DNA of 64,000 nucleotides from Clostridia bacterium (GTDB lineage Bacteria; Bacillota; Clostridia; TANB77; CAG-465): NCBI GenBank assembly GCA_045536565.1, contig JAZSNU010000011.1, positions 57,732 to 121,731 of the forward strand, read 5' to 3'. Shown piece by piece: positions 60,574 to 64,000 of this stretch (position 1 is its first letter; each line of letters starts with the position of its first letter). The notes under the pieces were generated by a model. It saw only the letters and a program-made list of their open reading frames with translations, ran no database searches and was not told where the DNA came from. The position numbers and the translations under genes were made by a program.

Positions 60574-61374
60574 TTACTTTCCATATTTTTTTAATCCTTT
60601 ATTGTATGTTATAACCGCTAATATCATTATTAAAACAACAATAATTATTTCAAATAAAAGGATTATTAAGTTAAAATCTTTAATAAGCATTATAGGTATA
60701 TGTGCAACATACATAGCAGGGAGTATAGTATACATTAATATTTTTATTATTCCCGGAAACATTTCCTTAGGATATATAGTAAGTGTTAGTAATATACTGT
60801 GAGTATATGTTCTAGTAGTTCTTGATATATCCCCAAGCCAAAAGGAAAAAGAATTAACTAATATGGTTATCCCTAAAAATCCTACTGCTCCTATTATTGA
60901 AACAATGATAAGGCAAATATATTTTACAGGATTAAAATTTACTGCAAATATTCCAAGAAATGCACCATAAAGCAAATCACCCATAGCAGAGAGTTTTGCA
61001 GATGAAGTTACCAAAGATATTAAACTATGTTTAGGTTTTGTAAGGTCATTATCTATTTCTTTATTTGCAATCTTGTAAGATAAGTCTTCTACGCCACCAA
61101 ACAAGAAGAAACACAAACCATAAGAAATAGTTGGTGCACTCCATAATAGTATAATATCGTTTATAGTAACTCCGTTTATATTACCATCTGAATTGTAAAA
61201 AAGTATATACCAGAATGCAAGCCAAATAAAGTTGTTTAAAAACATAAATAATGTTTGTATTATAAAACTCTTTTTGTTGGAAATGGCTTGTGATACATTA
61301 CATTTAATACAATACATTATGTATTTAGTAATAGATTGTATTTCTTTAAATAATTTATTAAACACCATTGACAT
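60574..61374 (-). CDS. ABC-2 family permease
   Basis: Six TMs, G.T..D, D..LTKP, IYP..MFP. Confidence 0.85.
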   Translation of the reverse strand: MSMVFNKLFKEIQSITKYIMYCIKCNVSQAISNKKSFIIQTLFMFLNNFIWLAFWYILFYNSDGNINGVTINDIILLWSAPTISYGLCFFLFGGVEDLSYKIANKEIDNDLTKPKHSLISLVTSSAKLSAMGDLLYGAFLGIFAVNFNPVKYICLIIVSIIGAVGFLGITILVNSFSFWLGDISRTTRTYTHSILLTLTIYPKEMFPGIIKILMYTILPAMYVAHIPIMLIKDFNLIILLFEIIIVVLIMILAVITYNKGLKKYGK

Positions 61375-62134
61375 TTAATTTTTTCACTCCTTTTATATAA
61401 ATTACCGCAAATATAATTGTTAAAATAACAAATGAGCCAAGCTCATAGATGAATAGTGACTTGAAAAATCTTGCATAACTAAAATCAATTAATAGTTTGC
61501 TAGGTGTATATATTACATGTGTTGTTGGAAGCAGTAGTAATGGTTTTTGTAGCATTTTTGGCATAAGTTCAATTGGAGTAAATGCAAATATAAGCATAAA
61601 TTTTTGAACTATAAGCCAAATAGAAGAAGTATCTTTTCCAACCCATATTGAGCAAAGTCCAACAATTATGTGTATACACAAAAGTAATATACAAGCAAAT
61701 AAAACTACGATAAATGCACATATAATACCTGTTATTGATATGTTAATTGATCCTGCAACAAATATACCAATTATACTTCCAACGAGAAAGTATAATATTG
61801 TAAACGGAAGAAGTCCTATACCTTCTGATATAATCCTAAAAATGTAATTATATGGTTTTGACAAATCATAGGCGATAGTTCCACTTTCTACCTGAAATGA
61901 AACAGTCTTAAAATAGTTATGGTATGAGTAAATTATTGATTCACCAAATATTACATACCATATAAGGTTTTCTCTTGTATATCCTGCAAGAAGTTTATCA
62001 CCTAAAACAAATTCCCAAAGCAGACAAAATACTGATATATGGATACTGAATCCAATGAGTGTACCTATAATGTCAGATATTTTACTTGATTCGCTTTTAA
62101 ATACTGTCTTAAAGAATGTAAAATATTTTCTCAT
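61358..62134 (-). CDS. ABC-2 family permease
   Basis: GYT...L.WY, SG.IAY.L.KPY, P..LMP. Confidence 0.85.
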   Translation of the reverse strand: MRKYFTFFKTVFKSESSKISDIIGTLIGFSIHISVFCLLWEFVLGDKLLAGYTRENLIWYVIFGESIIYSYHNYFKTVSFQVESGTIAYDLSKPYNYIFRIISEGIGLLPFTILYFLVGSIIGIFVAGSINISITGIICAFIVVLFACILLLCIHIIVGLCSIWVGKDTSSIWLIVQKFMLIFAFTPIELMPKMLQKPLLLLPTTHVIYTPSKLLIDFSYARFFKSLFIYELGSFVILTIIFAVIYIKGVKKLNVNGV

Positions 62135-63117
62135 TTTTGTTCCTCCTTCTTGGTAGTGTAAATATCATAAATTACATTTTCAAGTGAACTGCTGGTAACC
62201 GTGAAATCAGAAATATTTCCAATATCTGAAATATATGATAATATTTCACCGGTGGATATTTGTGTTTTATTAAATCCAATTGTTAATACATCATTATCTA
62301 CTTCATATGATACAGGTAAGTCTTTAAAAGTATTTTTTACAGTCTTTAAATTTATTTCTTTTTCAAATGTTGCTATGGCAGTGCACTTAGATAAATAGTT
62401 ATCTTTTATGTCTTTCATACTACTATCTAACATAACTTTACCATGATTAATTAGTATAATACGAGAACATAACTTTTCAATATCAGAAATGTCATGGCTT
62501 GTTATAAAAATAGTCATACCATATTCCTTATTTAATTTTCGTATTATATCGCGAACTTTTTTCTTCATAACAATGTCAAGTCCAATAGTAGGTTCATCTA
62601 AAAATAGAATTTTAGGTTTGTGCAGAGTTGCAATCGCAACTTCGCAAATCATTCGTTGTCCAAGTGATAAAGTATTTGCCTTTCTATCCATTAATTCTGA
62701 TATTCCAAAGAAATTTACTATATCGTTTATACGAGTCTTTAATTCCTCTGGTTTAATATCATATATAGCACCAGATAGTTTATAACTATCGATTACTGGA
62801 AGATGGGGAATAAGTGAGCCTTTTTGTCCAAATACAGTTGCTATTTCATATGCCATCTTTTTTCTGTCCTTCCAAGGAGTAAAATCAATTACCTTAGCCT
62901 CTCCGCCAGATGGATAAAGTATACCTGTAAGCATTTTTATTGTAGTAGATTTACCAGCACCATTTGGTCCTATAAAGCCAATAATTTCACCTTGCAAAAT
63001 ATCAAAAGATACATTATCAACAGCAGTAAGTAAAATTTTTTCCTTTCTTCCTTTTTCGTTTTTTACCTTTGTTTCAAAGGTTTTACTTAAATTTTTAACT
63101 TCAATTATTTTTTTCAT
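62131..63117 (-). CDS. ABC exporter ATP-binding protein
   Basis: GPNGAGKST, LSLGQRM, FLDEPTIGLD, TSHD. Confidence 0.93.
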   Translation of the reverse strand: MKKIIEVKNLSKTFETKVKNEKGRKEKILLTAVDNVSFDILQGEIIGFIGPNGAGKSTTIKMLTGILYPSGGEAKVIDFTPWKDRKKMAYEIATVFGQKGSLIPHLPVIDSYKLSGAIYDIKPEELKTRINDIVNFFGISELMDRKANTLSLGQRMICEVAIATLHKPKILFLDEPTIGLDIVMKKKVRDIIRKLNKEYGMTIFITSHDISDIEKLCSRIILINHGKVMLDSSMKDIKDNYLSKCTAIATFEKEINLKTVKNTFKDLPVSYEVDNDVLTIGFNKTQISTGEILSYISDIGNISDFTVTSSSLENVIYDIYTTKKEEQK

Positions 63118-63162
63118 AGCGAAAACCCCTTTCATATTTTAAATTGTTAATTTTGTATATAT

Positions 63163-63198
63163 AAAAAGATGCGCTAAGGTCAAACCTTAACACATCTT
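63163..63198 (-). terminator. Leader (attenuator) terminator upstream of the ABC operon
   Basis: AAGATGTGTTAAGGT-ttg-ACCTTAGCGCATCTTTTT on the minus strand, with G-U pairs. Confidence 0.75.
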
Positions 63199-63238
63199 GA
63201 ATTTTCTTTTTTAGTTCTATTTAAATTATATTTTATTA

Positions 63239-63367
63239 TTAATCTATATTAGAATTTTTAAAAAGTTTAAAATCCATAAATGTATGAAGGTATGACAAAT
63301 AATTACCCATGTGATTCGCCACTGGATACCATTTATTTAATGATTTAAAACATATTGTTGATAGCAT
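63239..63367 (-). CDS. Putative 42-aa leader peptide
   Basis: AGGAGGT RBS; MLSTICFKSLNKWYPVANHMGNYLSYLHTFMDFKLFKNSNID; contains the anti-terminator segment. Confidence 0.6.
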   Translation of the reverse strand: MLSTICFKSLNKWYPVANHMGNYLSYLHTFMDFKLFKNSNID

Positions 63368-63670
63368 TGTTATACCTCCTTTTCCTTTCAATTTTTATAT
63401 AACAAATACTTAATTTTATCTCTTGGGATAATATAAATTTATATGAATTTAAATATTCCCTATAAATTTAAAATAACATATTTAAAAAATTATGTCAATA
63501 CTTTTTGGTAAAATTATGTAAATATGTTTTAGAATAGAATTAAAAAAATAATAGAATAAATAGATAAAGTTGTAACCTTTTGTAAGGTTTTGCTAATTTA
63601 TATACAAACATTAATAACCATGTTAAAATTCATGCACCAACTTCTTGGTAGGAAGGAGGTGCAATTAGTT

Positions 63671-63745
63671 TTGGAAAATTTAATAATCATTCTGTTTCTT
63701 ATGATTGTATTACTTAAAGAATTAAATTTCAAAGATAAGAAATAG
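63671..63745 (+). CDS. Putative type I toxin, 24 aa (copy 2)
   Basis: TTG start, MENLIIILFLMIVLLKELNFKDKK; same sequestered RBS as copy 1. Confidence 0.72.
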   Translation: MENLIIILFLMIVLLKELNFKDKK

Positions 63746-63811
63746 AGCACTTAGTAGATAGAGCTATAACTCTATCTACTATATTTTATGTATATTAATT
63801 GTAATATATAC

Positions 63812-63886
63812 AAAAATGCCGAGATATCTATAACTATCTCGACATTACTTCTTTATTGGAAAATTTAATATTACAACTTTGTTGTA
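63812..63886 (-). ncRNA. Putative antitoxin sRNA, copy 2
   Basis: TTGACA(63920)-17-TAAAAT promoter; terminator with a minus-strand G-U pair; 15-nt perfect complement of the toxin start. Confidence 0.65.
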
Positions 63887-64000
63887 CTAATATTTTAACA
63901 TAGAAGAAATTAGTTGTCAAATAAAATAGAGTGAGTGACAAAAGTAGACAAATAATGGTAATATGAGATAAAATTAGTAATATGTATATTTGCAAATTAT

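Larger units (their letters stand above)
63570..63954 (+). repeat. Copy 2 of the duplicated type I TA-like module
   Basis: Collinear with 60101-60493. Confidence 0.9.

Noticed and set aside
1495-63033. Many 60-117 aa antisense ORFs inside long genes (e.g. 1495, 10078, 34796, 44704, 62489)
   Set aside because: They overlap well-supported genes on the other strand, lack RBSs and have the composition expected of AT-rich shadow frames.

Overview
AT-rich chromosomal segment from a spore-forming Clostridia-type Firmicute (inferred from spoIIID, yabP/yabQ, yqfC/yqfD, yqzL and Spo0A-box motifs). The housekeeping backbone is serS, clpC/E, proS, hisS, glyQS, ybeY-dgkA-cdd, era-yqzL-recO, ylxM-ffh-rpsP-khpA-rimM-trmD-rplS and tRNA-Trp, interleaved with small accessory units. 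Several features are missing from the supplied ORF track: a 55-aa Cys-rich RiPP precursor behind a radical SAM/SPASM enzyme, an AgrD autoinducer peptide in a complete convergent agr locus, three putative type I toxin-antitoxin loci, a leader-peptide attenuator in front of an ABC exporter, YqzL, and an internally deleted Fic gene. The two strongest candidates for an undescribed system are (1) a monomodular C-A-T-R NRPS with a Gly-like A-domain code, translationally coupled to an orphan 7TM histidine kinase and a peptidase and preceded by tandem Spo0A boxes, and (2) a duplicated type I TA module whose apparently non-overlapping sRNA carries copy-specific, co-varying complementarity to its own toxin start codon and terminator loop. 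No CRISPR array, rRNA, integrase or transposase was seen. All family calls are from motif recognition by eye; no database searches were run.
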